Both the position numbers and the translations under genes were made by a program. From Candidatus Omnitrophica bacterium UBA6215 (GTDB lineage Bacteria > Omnitrophota > Gorgyraeia > Pluralincolimonadales > Pluralincolimonadaceae), in the NCBI GenBank assembly GCA_002421665.1, contig DISH01000007.1, positions 209,278 through 273,277 of the forward strand: DNA of 64,000 nucleotides, read 5' to 3'. Each line of letters starts with the position of its first letter. Positions within the stretch are counted from its first letter, which is position 1. Positions 19,301-28,389 of this stretch are shown in pieces. Under the pieces are notes generated by a model, which searched no databases, had not been told where the DNA came from, and was given only the letters and a program-made list of their open reading frames with translations.

Positions 19301-19411
19301 GGCCGCGCGCACCGATAAGAGCTCGGTCTTGCCCGTTCCGGGACCCGCGAGTACCAGTACGGGACCGTCGAGGGTCTCGGCGGCTAATTTTTGTTTGGTA
19401 TTCAGTTCCAT
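16376..19411 (-). CDS. UvrD/PcrA-family SF1 helicase fused to a C-terminal Cas4/AddB-like PD-(D/E)xK nuclease with 4-Cys Fe-S motif, 1011 aa
   Basis: N-terminal LVLAGPGTGKTE Walker A. C-terminal CPRKY...VDYKTG...CGAGGARCDFYDIC. Confidence 0.8.
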   Translation of the reverse strand: MELNTKQKLAAETLDGPVLVLAGPGTGKTELLSVRAANIIRAKKAKPENILILTYTNAAAKAMKERLVRILGAAAYNIETATFHSFANSIVLESEEAAEYIQERVQITDIERIKLLEYILDNTEGIDKIRPFRAPYAFEREISQRITELKREGISPAQFAGIVEKAGPDGAYIEEKHIERLKALAVVYKLYEEYKAGKNKDLFDDRGRYDYDDMILFAIEAIRSEHELALALRSQYTYIMVDEFQDTNGAQLDLLFEIGSPNICCVGDDDQSIFRFQGASVANFKELKKRFPGLKVIALEKNYRSTKEIISLSDRIINNLPKKERYEVKALAPERDFKKKTIEYDEFTTETEEMLFIARRIKEILKKEGVAFDDMAVLVRQRDDILRVVDAFLRAGIPYATDGKEDISGEKRVRQMLDVLYFAHTPDIEVEQKDAYLYRILTADYMRIPMNDVLRFIASVRAKKYDQRKKGEAPTVSMFSEYMAGSGVSLFDTSPIKNLLFEAETRPVHAILMQYIKDAGVMKFILDKYDDNDLLRIRDLRALTSFVNMVKESDVARPGITLKEFIDELETRKAHGMPLQGELVTAAQEGVRIYTAHGSKGLEFHTVFIPFCLEKKRWPKRPQGVTIPLPPEVYKSKEIPTDKEILKQLDYYDETRLFYVASTRAKANLIYTASPTESAVPSSYLAGVDARESKAKEEELLKAALDSTDAQDPFIGTDKVLADLVADLSLNPTALNNYINCPRKYLYDDVLMLPSPKKQSLVFGNCTHKALEDTYGKFMKEGKFPDFAFFKDAFIRELAHEAPEEAIKTACLRQAETFKAWFKEESRLPVKPLGLERRLVVMLGDDLKFTGKYDKTEAIGTGCLAEGCVRVVDYKTGEPDKHVKGINNSISKEIPVSSGDFEDYLRQLISYKLLFDNDKKESQGRKVKEGVLVFLDPAKESVAKHDLEAGGFVKKRVELTDDMVAELAALIKDVRARIKKLDFAKLPEKDDKPGRCGAGGARCDFYDICWG

Positions 19412-19421
19412 AGGTGTCTTG

Positions 19422-19616
19422 TTATTTGTCTAAAAGTTTTTTTAATTCTACGGTAAGCCCTACATGCCTTAGCTCGTCTTTAAGCACATTCTTTATATTC
19501 GCCGTGATCACCTTATCTTTTATGAGCGGCAGCGCGTCTTCCAGGTTCTTGGCCATCCCCTGTTCCTTAGTATTTATATCGCGGAAATATTCCTCATAAT
19601 CCTCTTTAGTAAACAT
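19422..19616 (-). CDS. Small hypothetical protein, 64 aa
   Basis: ORF 10 bp upstream of the helicase-nuclease. Its start overlaps the stop of the 86-aa ORF (ATGtttacTAA). Confidence 0.35.
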   Translation of the reverse strand: MFTKEDYEEYFRDINTKEQGMAKNLEDALPLIKDKVITANIKNVLKDELRHVGLTVELKKLLDK

Positions 19617-19866
19617 CGGTTCCGGACTCCTTGACCTTCTTTATTAGACCGCTGAATATCTTCCTGTGCCGCATCGAATCCGCGCGCAGTTTATCTAATA
19701 TACTGCCTGCCTTGGCGCGGTCCTCGCTGTTGAACCCGGAAAGAAAAAGACTGCTTTTCACGTGTTTTGAATAAAGCGGTATTATCTCCTCCTCGCGCCG
19801 GAGGCACTCTTCAAGGAATTCCAGCATTTCGTTCTTGTCCGGCATATTATCCGCCCTTCTCTTCAT
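19606..19866 (-). CDS. Small hypothetical protein, 86 aa
   Basis: ORF overlapping the GT2 synthase stop by 20 nt. Charged and helical. Confidence 0.35.
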   Translation of the reverse strand: MKRRADNMPDKNEMLEFLEECLRREEEIIPLYSKHVKSSLFLSGFNSEDRAKAGSILDKLRADSMRHRKIFSGLIKKVKESGTDVY

Positions 19867-21394
19867 TGAAATAAAAAACGGATGAAAACAGGATACAATG
19901 ATAAGCTATCCACGCGACATTTAACATTATAGCGGTTGTCCGTTCATAAATACACTTGTTTATTCCCCATAGGAGAGCGATATAATTCAGCGCGAGTAAC
20001 AACAGTTGGGGCCAGAGCCTCAAATACGGTATGCGGGGCGATACCCCTTTCTTCGTCACCTGGAATTTGCCCCTGACACCGAGCAGGCCGCTTATACCCG
20101 CACGAATGTAAACGGGTATCGTGACGAACGAGAGCGCCTGCGCGAGAAAAGCCGACTTTGGAGTGTAGCGGCGTATTCCCATCGTCGAATAGAATATCGC
20201 GACGGAGAGTATAAGGTACGGTACGAACGTCAGCGTGTATACGACCGGGTGCATGAAGAACGACGGGATGCCGAAGAGTATGTAAATGACCGGGCACAAG
20301 ACCAGGAAAATATACGCCCACCCCGCCAGGTAATACGAGCTCGTGATAAAATACTCGAACCACTGCAGCGGTTTCATCGCGAAAGGCCTCGTGAACAGGG
20401 CCCGGAGGATCCTCCCGAGTATGCTGACGTTGCCCATCGCCCACCTGTTCTGCTGCGAAAGATACGCGCTGAGGTTTTCGGGACCCATGCCGAAGGTGTT
20501 GACATGGTTACAGTAAAGCGTCCTCCAGCCGTTCGTTTGCAGCCGAAAGGATGTCGAAAAATCCTCTGTCACCGACGTCTCGTCGAACCCGCCGACGCTG
20601 GCGAGAGCCTCACGGCGCATCAGTACGTTGGTGCCGCAGCAGATCATCGCCCCGCCGGAGCTCTTGCCTTCGCACACGTATTCGTAAAATACAGCCTGCT
20701 GTGTATTAGCTGAATCCGCTATGCGGCTCGCGTCGGTATTGCTGTAAAATTGCGGTGTCTGCACGAAGGCAAGCTTTGGGTCCGCCTCCATTATCGGCAT
20801 AAGCCTGCTCAGGAACGAGGGCATCGGGTTCTGGTCGACGTCAAAAATTGCGATGTATTTCTCGTCGAGCCCTTTCATGCAGTCGTTTATTATCCCGGCT
20901 TTGGCGCCATGGCGCTCCTGTCTCCTGAAAAGCGCGCACTTGTATCTCCCGGCAAGCTCCTCCGCTTCTTCCTTATACCTTTCTTCCGAGGAATCATCCA
21001 GGAGGTATATACGCTTCTCCGGATAGTCAAGGTTATAGATACACGCCAGCGTGCCCTCAAGTACATCCCTCGGCTCGTGCCTCGCGGGGACGAGTATTGC
21101 TACCGGCGGTTGTGCGCTGGCCGCGGGTCCGGGCGGCTGCGCGGCAAAAATCCCCCGGCCGATGCGATACATCCCGCTGAAGTATCCGATCGCGTGGAAC
21201 ATTATGAAAAGCTCGGACAAGAGGAATACGACCGCAAACGATTTCTCAAGGAAGGAATATTGCGCGAAGGTCACGAATACGGAGCGTGAGATCGCGTATA
21301 CGATAATGAACACAAAAACGATGACTATGAGGCCTTTTGTGAAGTAAAGACCCGCCGTTTTCCCGTCTTCCTTATCAGAACCTGTATAGCGCAT
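19847..21394 (-). CDS. Processive family-2 glycosyltransferase (cellulose synthase / PgaC-like synthase), 515 aa
   Basis: D, DxD (FDVD), TED (VTEDFS) and QxxRW (QQNRWAMG) motifs. TM helices at both ends. Confidence 0.75.
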   Translation of the reverse strand: MRYTGSDKEDGKTAGLYFTKGLIVIVFVFIIVYAISRSVFVTFAQYSFLEKSFAVVFLLSELFIMFHAIGYFSGMYRIGRGIFAAQPPGPAASAQPPVAILVPARHEPRDVLEGTLACIYNLDYPEKRIYLLDDSSEERYKEEAEELAGRYKCALFRRQERHGAKAGIINDCMKGLDEKYIAIFDVDQNPMPSFLSRLMPIMEADPKLAFVQTPQFYSNTDASRIADSANTQQAVFYEYVCEGKSSGGAMICCGTNVLMRREALASVGGFDETSVTEDFSTSFRLQTNGWRTLYCNHVNTFGMGPENLSAYLSQQNRWAMGNVSILGRILRALFTRPFAMKPLQWFEYFITSSYYLAGWAYIFLVLCPVIYILFGIPSFFMHPVVYTLTFVPYLILSVAIFYSTMGIRRYTPKSAFLAQALSFVTIPVYIRAGISGLLGVRGKFQVTKKGVSPRIPYLRLWPQLLLLALNYIALLWGINKCIYERTTAIMLNVAWIAYHCILFSSVFYFNEEKGG

Positions 21395-23921
21395 AGACCA
21401 TCACCCTGTCGGCCTTGTAGATCTTCCTGTGGTTATAGACCGTTTTGGACCATTCGGCGCGGGTAGAGAACCTGTCGTTCCAGTCCTTGCAGAATCCCGC
21501 GTAGAATACATTACCGATATTATCATTGACCTCGAAGTTAGCGGTATATTTCAGCGTATAGTATGTATCGTTCGACCCCCAAAAGAGCTCTTCCTTGTTC
21601 AGGAAATGGCGCCATTCCAGCGAGATACTGTTATAATGGAAACTTCCCGGAGAGAAATAGTACCCGCTGCCGTGATCATAACCGTATTGCTCGTACCTGT
21701 ACTTCAGGCTCAGGCTGCGCGGCTCGTATAAAAGCTGCGCCTTCGCGTCGAGGCCGAAGGTATCCTTGTCGTTGCCGTCGCTTAAGTCCGTATACATGAA
21801 GTCGCCGCCGAGCGATACCCTCCTGTTGGGGTCAAACTGCACGCGGCCCTTGATATCGTCTTTCTTGAGGCTGCGCCGCAGGGTCTCGGAGTTATCGAGC
21901 ACGTCGTCGCGCAAGTGCGAGAAACCCAGCAGCAGGCAGCCCGCGGGTTTTACTTCTACCTCTTCGTTCGAGTTCAGGTTATCTTTATAACCCTTGTTAT
22001 ACATGCTCGCGTAGAGTTCCGCCTTAGCCCTGAAGAACGGCATCTTCGTGATCTCAAGGCCGGCGCCCGCTTTCTCCCTAGTAACGGACGAGATGTCGCT
22101 GAACTCGTGCATGAACGTATCTTCGCGAACGGTTAGATAAAGGTCCTTCATCAGCGGCGCGCGGAACTTCGTGCAGATGTCATAGTATTTTTCGTCGGTA
22201 TCGCGGGAGGTACTGTCCTGTTCAAAATACTCGAACCCGCCCGAGATCTCCCTGCATTTAGAGAGCAGTTCGGCCTTCGCGAGCGCCTCCTTTGCCCTGA
22301 AATGGGAAGGAAATACCTTAAGGACCTCGCCGTACTGCGAACGCGCATCCTCCCACCGGCCGTTCCTTGAATATACCTGTGCGAGGTCGAAGAGCGCTTC
22401 GAGGTCAACCGGCTCCTTATCGAGCCATTTCCCGTAGGCCTTTATCGCTTCCGCGTCAAACCTCTTGTAGAGGGCTTCCTTCGCTGCCATCTCAAGAGCG
22501 GAGGCTTCATCGCGCGCGGCCTCGTCCTGTATCTTCCTGTATTCCGCGATCGAATCCCTGTAGCGCCGCATCCAGCCGAGCACCCGGGCCTTCTCCCTCC
22601 GCGGCATGACTTCCGACGGGTCTTTCGCTATGAGTCTGTCGTACGCCGACAGCGCATCCTTATACCTGCGGTCCCAGCTCAGGACACGCGCGAGCCACCA
22701 TAACGCGTCGACATTGTCCGGCTCCGCAATGGTGATCCTCTTGAGAAGCGATATCGCGGCGCCGTATTTCTGCTCCGCGCCGAGCAGCTGCGAAAGGCGT
22801 TTCATTACTTCGACATCCGAAGGCTCGCGCGAGAGAAGGGCGGAATATTCCGTCTCCGCTTCCGCGAGTTTACCGCCTCCGAATAGCGTATCGGCAAGCG
22901 CAAGTTGTATCGACTCATCGGCGGGATAGATTTCCTGCAGCCGTTTGAAGATCCTTGAAGCCTCATCATAGCGCTTAAGGGCAAGATAACAGAACCCGAG
23001 GTTTTTGAGGCGTTCTTTATCGGCAGTATAGCTTAGGTTCAAGCCGGTATAAAGGCCCGCCGCGGCCTCATAATTCTCCGACCAGAACAGGACATCCGCA
23101 AGCTCTGCGGTCAATGCGGCGTCGCCGGGGCGCACAACGAGGAGTTCCTTGTACAACCTGACCGCCTCCGGATAATCTTTTACCCAGGCGGAAAGACGCG
23201 CAACCTTCGTCTTCAGCGCGAAATTCCCGGGTTCCTTCAACAACAGTTCCGCATATCTCTTGCGCGCGGCCTTGAGGCTTCCGTTGGATTCCAGCACAAC
23301 GGCAAACAGGTATTTAACTTTCATGTCCCCGGGATACTTTTCCTCAAGGGATAAAAAGACTTTTATTGCATCTTCAGGATATTTGCCGTAACCGAGAGCC
23401 TGGGCATATACAAGCGCGATCTCCTTGTCCGAGGGGTCTTTGTCGTATAGTTCCCTAAGTATAGGTATCGCTTCATCATACTTGCGCTGCCACGTAAGGA
23501 CCTCGGCAAGCTTTTTCTTTATCCCGGGGTCTTTGGACATAATGGATGCCCGGCGGTAGAGTTCCTCGGCACGCGACAGGTCTTCGAGCGAGTAGCATAT
23601 ATCCGCGTATTGGGAAAGGAGTTTTCCGTCGGCAGGATCCTTTGCGATCATTTTTTCAAGCAAACCGGCCGCGGGTCCTTTCATGCCAAGATTAAAGTAC
23701 ACCCGGAGCAGACGCATGGCCGTATTGTCGTCTTCGGGCCTTATCGCACGGGCTTTCTCGAAATACTTAAGAGCCGTATTATAATCGCCGGCCCTGAAGT
23801 ACCTTTCCGCCGCAGCATAATTCATGTAGAACGATTGCGTAGATTCAAAGACCGTACTCGTGATGTATGCAACCGCTACGGCAACGGCAAAGACCAGGAA
23901 CATCCTCTTGCGCTTCGTCAT
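21375..23921 (-). CDS. TPR-repeat protein with C-terminal outer-membrane beta-barrel (PgaA/BcsC-like exopolysaccharide export porin), 848 aa
   Basis: N-terminal signal/anchor, more than 10 TPR units, and a C-terminal aromatic-rich alternating region ending ...YALYRF. It overlaps the GT2 gene by 20 nt. Confidence 0.6.
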   Translation of the reverse strand: MTKRKRMFLVFAVAVAVAYITSTVFESTQSFYMNYAAAERYFRAGDYNTALKYFEKARAIRPEDDNTAMRLLRVYFNLGMKGPAAGLLEKMIAKDPADGKLLSQYADICYSLEDLSRAEELYRRASIMSKDPGIKKKLAEVLTWQRKYDEAIPILRELYDKDPSDKEIALVYAQALGYGKYPEDAIKVFLSLEEKYPGDMKVKYLFAVVLESNGSLKAARKRYAELLLKEPGNFALKTKVARLSAWVKDYPEAVRLYKELLVVRPGDAALTAELADVLFWSENYEAAAGLYTGLNLSYTADKERLKNLGFCYLALKRYDEASRIFKRLQEIYPADESIQLALADTLFGGGKLAEAETEYSALLSREPSDVEVMKRLSQLLGAEQKYGAAISLLKRITIAEPDNVDALWWLARVLSWDRRYKDALSAYDRLIAKDPSEVMPRREKARVLGWMRRYRDSIAEYRKIQDEAARDEASALEMAAKEALYKRFDAEAIKAYGKWLDKEPVDLEALFDLAQVYSRNGRWEDARSQYGEVLKVFPSHFRAKEALAKAELLSKCREISGGFEYFEQDSTSRDTDEKYYDICTKFRAPLMKDLYLTVREDTFMHEFSDISSVTREKAGAGLEITKMPFFRAKAELYASMYNKGYKDNLNSNEEVEVKPAGCLLLGFSHLRDDVLDNSETLRRSLKKDDIKGRVQFDPNRRVSLGGDFMYTDLSDGNDKDTFGLDAKAQLLYEPRSLSLKYRYEQYGYDHGSGYYFSPGSFHYNSISLEWRHFLNKEELFWGSNDTYYTLKYTANFEVNDNIGNVFYAGFCKDWNDRFSTRAEWSKTVYNHRKIYKADRVMVYALYRF

Positions 23922-24057
23922 CAGAGGTTTATCTCGATCTCCGAGTTTCTGTTCTCCTTGAACACCGGCTGCGGCGTTTTCTTGACCTCAGCCGACACAT
24001 GGTAAACGTATTTCCGGCCTTGTATGATATATCTAATATATACATACGGCCCGCCGG

Positions 24058-24993
24058 TTATTTCCTGAGCAGGTACTTACGGTTCTTGATGGTAATGAAG
24101 TTAGACCACATCTTGTCGCCGTCGGACTGCTGGGCGATGACCTCCTTGACCGCGTTCGCCTGCGAGACGAGCTCATCGGCGTGATAGACGATGGTCGCCT
24201 CGAGCGTCTTGGGGAGTATAGGCGACTGCTGCTCGTATTCGCCGTGGTGGCTGAGGATGATATGCTTGAGCGCGAGCGCCTTCTCCTGCGGGAATCCCTT
24301 GATCCCCGCGATCTTGCGCGAGAGTATCTCGAAACCGAGCGTCAGGTGGCCTATCAGGCCGCCGTCTATGGTATATTCGAAGGTATTGATATCAAGCTCG
24401 ACGGTCTTTCCGATGTCGTGCGTGAACGCCCCTATGGTCACGGTATCCTTGTCGGCTTCGGGATAGAGATTGCATATTTCGCGGCAGATATGCATTACCT
24501 CGTAGGTGTGCTCCATGAGCCCGCCTATGTAGGCGTTGTGCCAGTTCTGCGCCCCGGGCGACTTGCGGAATTTTGTCATAAGTTCTTCGTCGTCGAGGAA
24601 TTCCTTCGCGAGCGCCGCGAGCCATTTGTCCGAGATCCCGTCGAGCATCCCGTTGATCTGCTTGTATATCTTGTCGGGGTCCTCTACCGAACGCACGAGG
24701 TCCTCGAACTTGTATTCTTTCTGGTCGGCCAGGCGTATCTCATCGACGCGTATCTGCAGGCCGTTGTAGGAATCGACACGCCCGCGCACGAATACCGCCG
24801 CGCCGGTAGCCACCATCTCATCCGCCTGCTCGCCGCCTTCCCACATCTTGGCCTCCATGCGGCCAGTCTTGTCGGAAAGGGTCAGTTTAAGGTAAGGCTT
24901 GCCCGCCTGCGTGCGCGCGAGTTCCTTCTTCTTGAGGAAGAATACGGATTCGATCCCGTCGTTCACTTTGAGGTCTTTTATGAACTTTTTCAT
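24058..24993 (-). CDS. yhaM: YhaM-like 3'-5' exoribonuclease (OB-fold + HD domain), 311 aa
   Basis: N-terminal OB fold followed by an HD motif (GGLMEHT...FTHDIGK). Confidence 0.7.
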   Translation of the reverse strand: MKKFIKDLKVNDGIESVFFLKKKELARTQAGKPYLKLTLSDKTGRMEAKMWEGGEQADEMVATGAAVFVRGRVDSYNGLQIRVDEIRLADQKEYKFEDLVRSVEDPDKIYKQINGMLDGISDKWLAALAKEFLDDEELMTKFRKSPGAQNWHNAYIGGLMEHTYEVMHICREICNLYPEADKDTVTIGAFTHDIGKTVELDINTFEYTIDGGLIGHLTLGFEILSRKIAGIKGFPQEKALALKHIILSHHGEYEQQSPILPKTLEATIVYHADELVSQANAVKEVIAQQSDGDKMWSNFITIKNRKYLLRK

Positions 24994-25040
24994 CGGATTT
25001 ACCGTTATTATACCAGATAATACGCGGACGGCAACCTAAT

Positions 25041-26093
25041 TCAAGGGGCCGGACAGCTCTTCCGGCGCCAAACGGCGTTTGCCATCAATATCAGCAGGAC
25101 CGGCGAGGCAAAAGAACCCAGCAGTCGGGCCGGCATCGAGTGTCCGCCGCTGCCGACGATAGCCCTGGCGTTTATGTGCATTGCCGCGTAAAAATAATTC
25201 AGCAGCAGGCCCAGCGCTATAGAGCAGGCGGCTATTGCCGCAAGGTATATCACCACGGAACGTTTCCCGAGAAATTTGCCTATGGTCAGTATCCCTGCGG
25301 TATTCGTCGCCGGACCGGCAAGCAAAAATACGAGCGCCGCCCCCGGCGCCATTCCCTTGGCGATCAACGCCGCCGCTATAGGGGTCGAGGCCGATGCGCA
25401 GATGTAGAGCGGTATGCCTATTATAAGCATTATCAGCATGGAGAGCAGGTTATAGCCGAGGTAATTCTCTATGAGTGATGCCGGGACGAAATATGAGATC
25501 ACCCCGCCTATGATTATGCCGAGGGCGAGCCATGGCGCTATGTCCCCCAAAAGGTTCACGAAAGCGTATCCGATCCCGTCTATAAAACGCCTGCCGTAAT
25601 GCGCGTGGCGTGTCCCCGCGGCGGTTTTCTTCCTGCAATGCGGGCATTCCTCTTCCTTCGGAGGCTCCGGAGCGGCTTCTTTCCTGCCGAAAATATTCTC
25701 AAGGATACCGGCGGTTATGGCCGTTATTATCGCCGCGATAGGCCTGAATATCGCCAGGATGGGGTCTAAAAGCGCGAAAGAGAGCATTATGGAGTCTATG
25801 CCCGTCTCGGGTGTCGATATCAGGAATGAAAGAGTCGCCCCTTTCGAAGCGCCGTTCTTTCGCAGGGACATCGCCGTCGGCAGGACTCCGCACGAGCAGA
25901 GCGGCAAAGGCACGCCGAAGAGCGCCGCCAGGACAACGGACTTGGCGCCAGGTTTGCCCAGGTAGCGCGCTATGCGGTCCTTGTCGACGAACGTCTGGAT
26001 GACGCCCGCCATTAACGTGCCGAAGAGTATATAAGGCGCGGCCTCGTTGAAGGTATGCCAGACCTCTTTTACCAGCCCGATAAGCATATCCAT
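25041..26093 (-). CDS. Permease of the DUF318/ArsP-like family, 350 aa
   Basis: Polytopic membrane protein with a CSCG motif and a cytoplasmic Cys-rich loop (CPHCRKK). Confidence 0.55.
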   Translation of the reverse strand: MDMLIGLVKEVWHTFNEAAPYILFGTLMAGVIQTFVDKDRIARYLGKPGAKSVVLAALFGVPLPLCSCGVLPTAMSLRKNGASKGATLSFLISTPETGIDSIMLSFALLDPILAIFRPIAAIITAITAGILENIFGRKEAAPEPPKEEECPHCRKKTAAGTRHAHYGRRFIDGIGYAFVNLLGDIAPWLALGIIIGGVISYFVPASLIENYLGYNLLSMLIMLIIGIPLYICASASTPIAAALIAKGMAPGAALVFLLAGPATNTAGILTIGKFLGKRSVVIYLAAIAACSIALGLLLNYFYAAMHINARAIVGSGGHSMPARLLGSFASPVLLILMANAVWRRKSCPAP

Positions 26094-26131
26094 TGTTTAT
26101 ATTTTACTATAATTGTATTATAATAGCCAGC

Positions 26132-26581
26132 ATGGGAAAACTCCTGGTAAAATTGTCGGGTTTCTACCTGCTGGTCTTCGGGGCGTTCCACCTGGCGCGC
26201 TTCTGGCCGCGGTACGACTTCATCATGGCCAATTCCGATACTTACCACCGGATGTTCTACTCGATGAACTTCACCATCATAACCTTATTCGCGGTCATAT
26301 CTATAATAATGGGCATAGGGCTGCTGCTTTTCAGGAATTGGGCAAGGAACATGCTCTTGGTGCTCTCTGTACTTGCGATAATATTCGGGTTGTCGATATT
26401 CATAATGACATACTTCCTCCATTATATGCTCCCTGCAGGTATCGGTCCGATGGCTGTGCGGGACATCCGAGGGTTATATTACTGGCTGGAAGTACTGGTG
26501 TGCCTGGTAGTAATGCCTTCTCTGTTTTTGTTCTTCTTCACGCGCCGCTCCACGATAAAATTATTCGCCGGCCGTAAATAA
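26132..26581 (+). CDS. Small membrane protein (4 TM), ~149 aa
   Basis: Hydrophobic helices. Likely start MGKLLVKL at 26132, preceded by a TATAAT-like box at 26119-26124. Confidence 0.45.
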   Translation: MGKLLVKLSGFYLLVFGAFHLARFWPRYDFIMANSDTYHRMFYSMNFTIITLFAVISIIMGIGLLLFRNWARNMLLVLSVLAIIFGLSIFIMTYFLHYMLPAGIGPMAVRDIRGLYYWLEVLVCLVVMPSLFLFFFTRRSTIKLFAGRK

Positions 26582-26582
26582 G

Positions 26583-27701
26583 CTACATACTGCCTTTAAG
26601 GGACTTCTCCTCGAGGGATTCTATCTCTTTCTTGAGGATATCGGGAAGGCCGAGGATATCTACATCCATGAACCCGCGGACGATTACGGACTGGGCCTCC
26701 TCAACGGACATGCCGCGGGCGCTCAGGTATTCTATCTCTTCCCTGCTTATCTTGCCGATGGCGGCTTCGTGCGACATATCAACGTCGCGGTAGTTCGTGT
26801 CGAGCTCCGGAATGGCCTCGACCGTGCCTTCACGAGAGATTATCAGGCCGCGGCACTCCAGGTGGGCCTTGACCCTCTCGGCTTCCGCCTTCAGCTGGCC
26901 GCGGGCTATCATCCTGCCGCCCAGACTGACCGCGCGGGCTATCATCTCGCCCTGCGTGTCATCCGCACGGAAGATTATCCGCGAGCCGATATCCTGCAAG
27001 GAATTCGGGTGCGACAGGACAAGCGAGTTGAAACTCGCACGGGCGCCCTTGCCTTGTAATACGGCCGTCGGGTACATAGTTATCTCTTTTACGGGTTTCA
27101 TGCATACGTAATTCGATATATAAGTGGCGCCCTCCTCGACAAGGGCAATACCCATAGGCTTTACGGTGACGTCCTCTTTCCACGTGTGTATCATCGTGAA
27201 GTTCAGGTAAGCGCCTTTTTGCACAAAGAATTCTGATATCCCCAGGTGGAAGCCTTCATCGGCGGCCTTCGAGGCGGAACAGCCGGTTATAAGGTATGCC
27301 CTGGCGCCCTCCTCTATTATGACGATATTGTGCACCTTCTGTTTGAAACCCTGCCTCTTAAGCAATAGGCACGCCTGTATGGGAAGTTCTACGGCCTTGC
27401 CCTTTCTGACGCGTATGAAATAGCCGCCTTCGGTATCCGCCGGGTACTCCCTGCCCAGCGACCTGAACGCCTTGCCGTAATATTCGCGAGCCTCCGGGTA
27501 TTTCTCCAGGGCTTCGTTCGTACCCATTATCTCCACCCCGTCGAAGAGGCTGCGGCGGAACTCTACCTGAGAGTCCTGCTGCAGGAAACTCGCCGAGCGC
27601 GTCTTCTCGGAAAGGTCCATCCCGGATGAAGCGAGTTTATCGGCGTCTTCTTCGGCTACTTTTTTGTTCAGTTCGTCTGAGGGCATTCGCACACCTTGCA
27701 A
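26583..27701 (-). CDS. sufB: Fe-S cluster assembly protein SufB/SufD family
   Basis: SufBD-fold sequence. It overlaps the sufC stop. Confidence 0.7.
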   Translation of the reverse strand: MQGVRMPSDELNKKVAEEDADKLASSGMDLSEKTRSASFLQQDSQVEFRRSLFDGVEIMGTNEALEKYPEAREYYGKAFRSLGREYPADTEGGYFIRVRKGKAVELPIQACLLLKRQGFKQKVHNIVIIEEGARAYLITGCSASKAADEGFHLGISEFFVQKGAYLNFTMIHTWKEDVTVKPMGIALVEEGATYISNYVCMKPVKEITMYPTAVLQGKGARASFNSLVLSHPNSLQDIGSRIIFRADDTQGEMIARAVSLGGRMIARGQLKAEAERVKAHLECRGLIISREGTVEAIPELDTNYRDVDMSHEAAIGKISREEIEYLSARGMSVEEAQSVIVRGFMDVDILGLPDILKKEIESLEEKSLKGSM

Positions 27702-28387
27702 TGTTCATAACCCTTGGAGCGTATGTTCCTGAACATCTCCTTCGGGTCGCCGGCGCACCAGAACCTGCCGTCTATCATCACGCAGCCCCTGGTCGCCTTG
27801 ACGTAATCGAGTATATATCCTGTATGTGTGATTATAAGCGCGGACTTACCTTCCTGCTTGAGGTACTTGTCGAGCACCTTTCCCATGATCGATATGTTCT
27901 CGAGGTCTACGCCCGATTCGGGTTCATCCAGCAGGAGCATGTCAGGGTTCTGGAGCATCAGCTGGAAGAGCTCGGAGCGTTTCATCTCGCCGCCCGAGAA
28001 CCCGAAATTGACGTCGCGCGCGAGGTGGCCCTTGAGAGAAAGTTTCCCGGCAAGGTCGTCTATCTTGGCCTCATCCTTGCACAGGTAGCGGGCGATCTGC
28101 TGGAGCTTCACGCCGCGTATGACCGGCGGGTGCTGGAACATGATACCGAGCCCGTGCCTTACCCTCGCCTCCGTCGGTATCTCGAGGACGGACTTCCCGT
28201 TCAGGGTAATGCTTCCCCCCGTAACGCTATAACCGCTGAAACCGGCTATAGTCTTGATAAGCGTTGACTTGCCGCTGCCGTTAGGGCCGAAAAGTATCAC
28301 CACCTCTCCCTTCTTTATGGAGAGGTTTATCCCGTTGAGGATCGGCTTGCCGCCTATGTTCACGAAAAGTTTTTTTATCTCAAGCAT
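27668..28387 (-). CDS. sufC: Fe-S cluster assembly ATPase SufC
   Basis: Walker A GPNGSGKST, ABC signature FSGGEMKR, and LLDEPESG. Confidence 0.8.
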   Translation of the reverse strand: MLEIKKLFVNIGGKPILNGINLSIKKGEVVILFGPNGSGKSTLIKTIAGFSGYSVTGGSITLNGKSVLEIPTEARVRHGLGIMFQHPPVIRGVKLQQIARYLCKDEAKIDDLAGKLSLKGHLARDVNFGFSGGEMKRSELFQLMLQNPDMLLLDEPESGVDLENISIMGKVLDKYLKQEGKSALIITHTGYILDYVKATRGCVMIDGRFWCAGDPKEMFRNIRSKGYEHCKVCECPQTN

Positions 28388-28389
28388 AT

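Noticed and set aside
19422-19866. 64-aa + 86-aa ORFs as a single frameshifted gene
   Set aside because: The junction (ATGtttacTAA) has no homopolymer, and the stop/start overlap looks like ordinary translational coupling.
24181-25020. 279-aa plus-strand ORF
   Set aside because: Antisense shadow of the YhaM-like gene. No domain signature, and Arg/Leu-rich.
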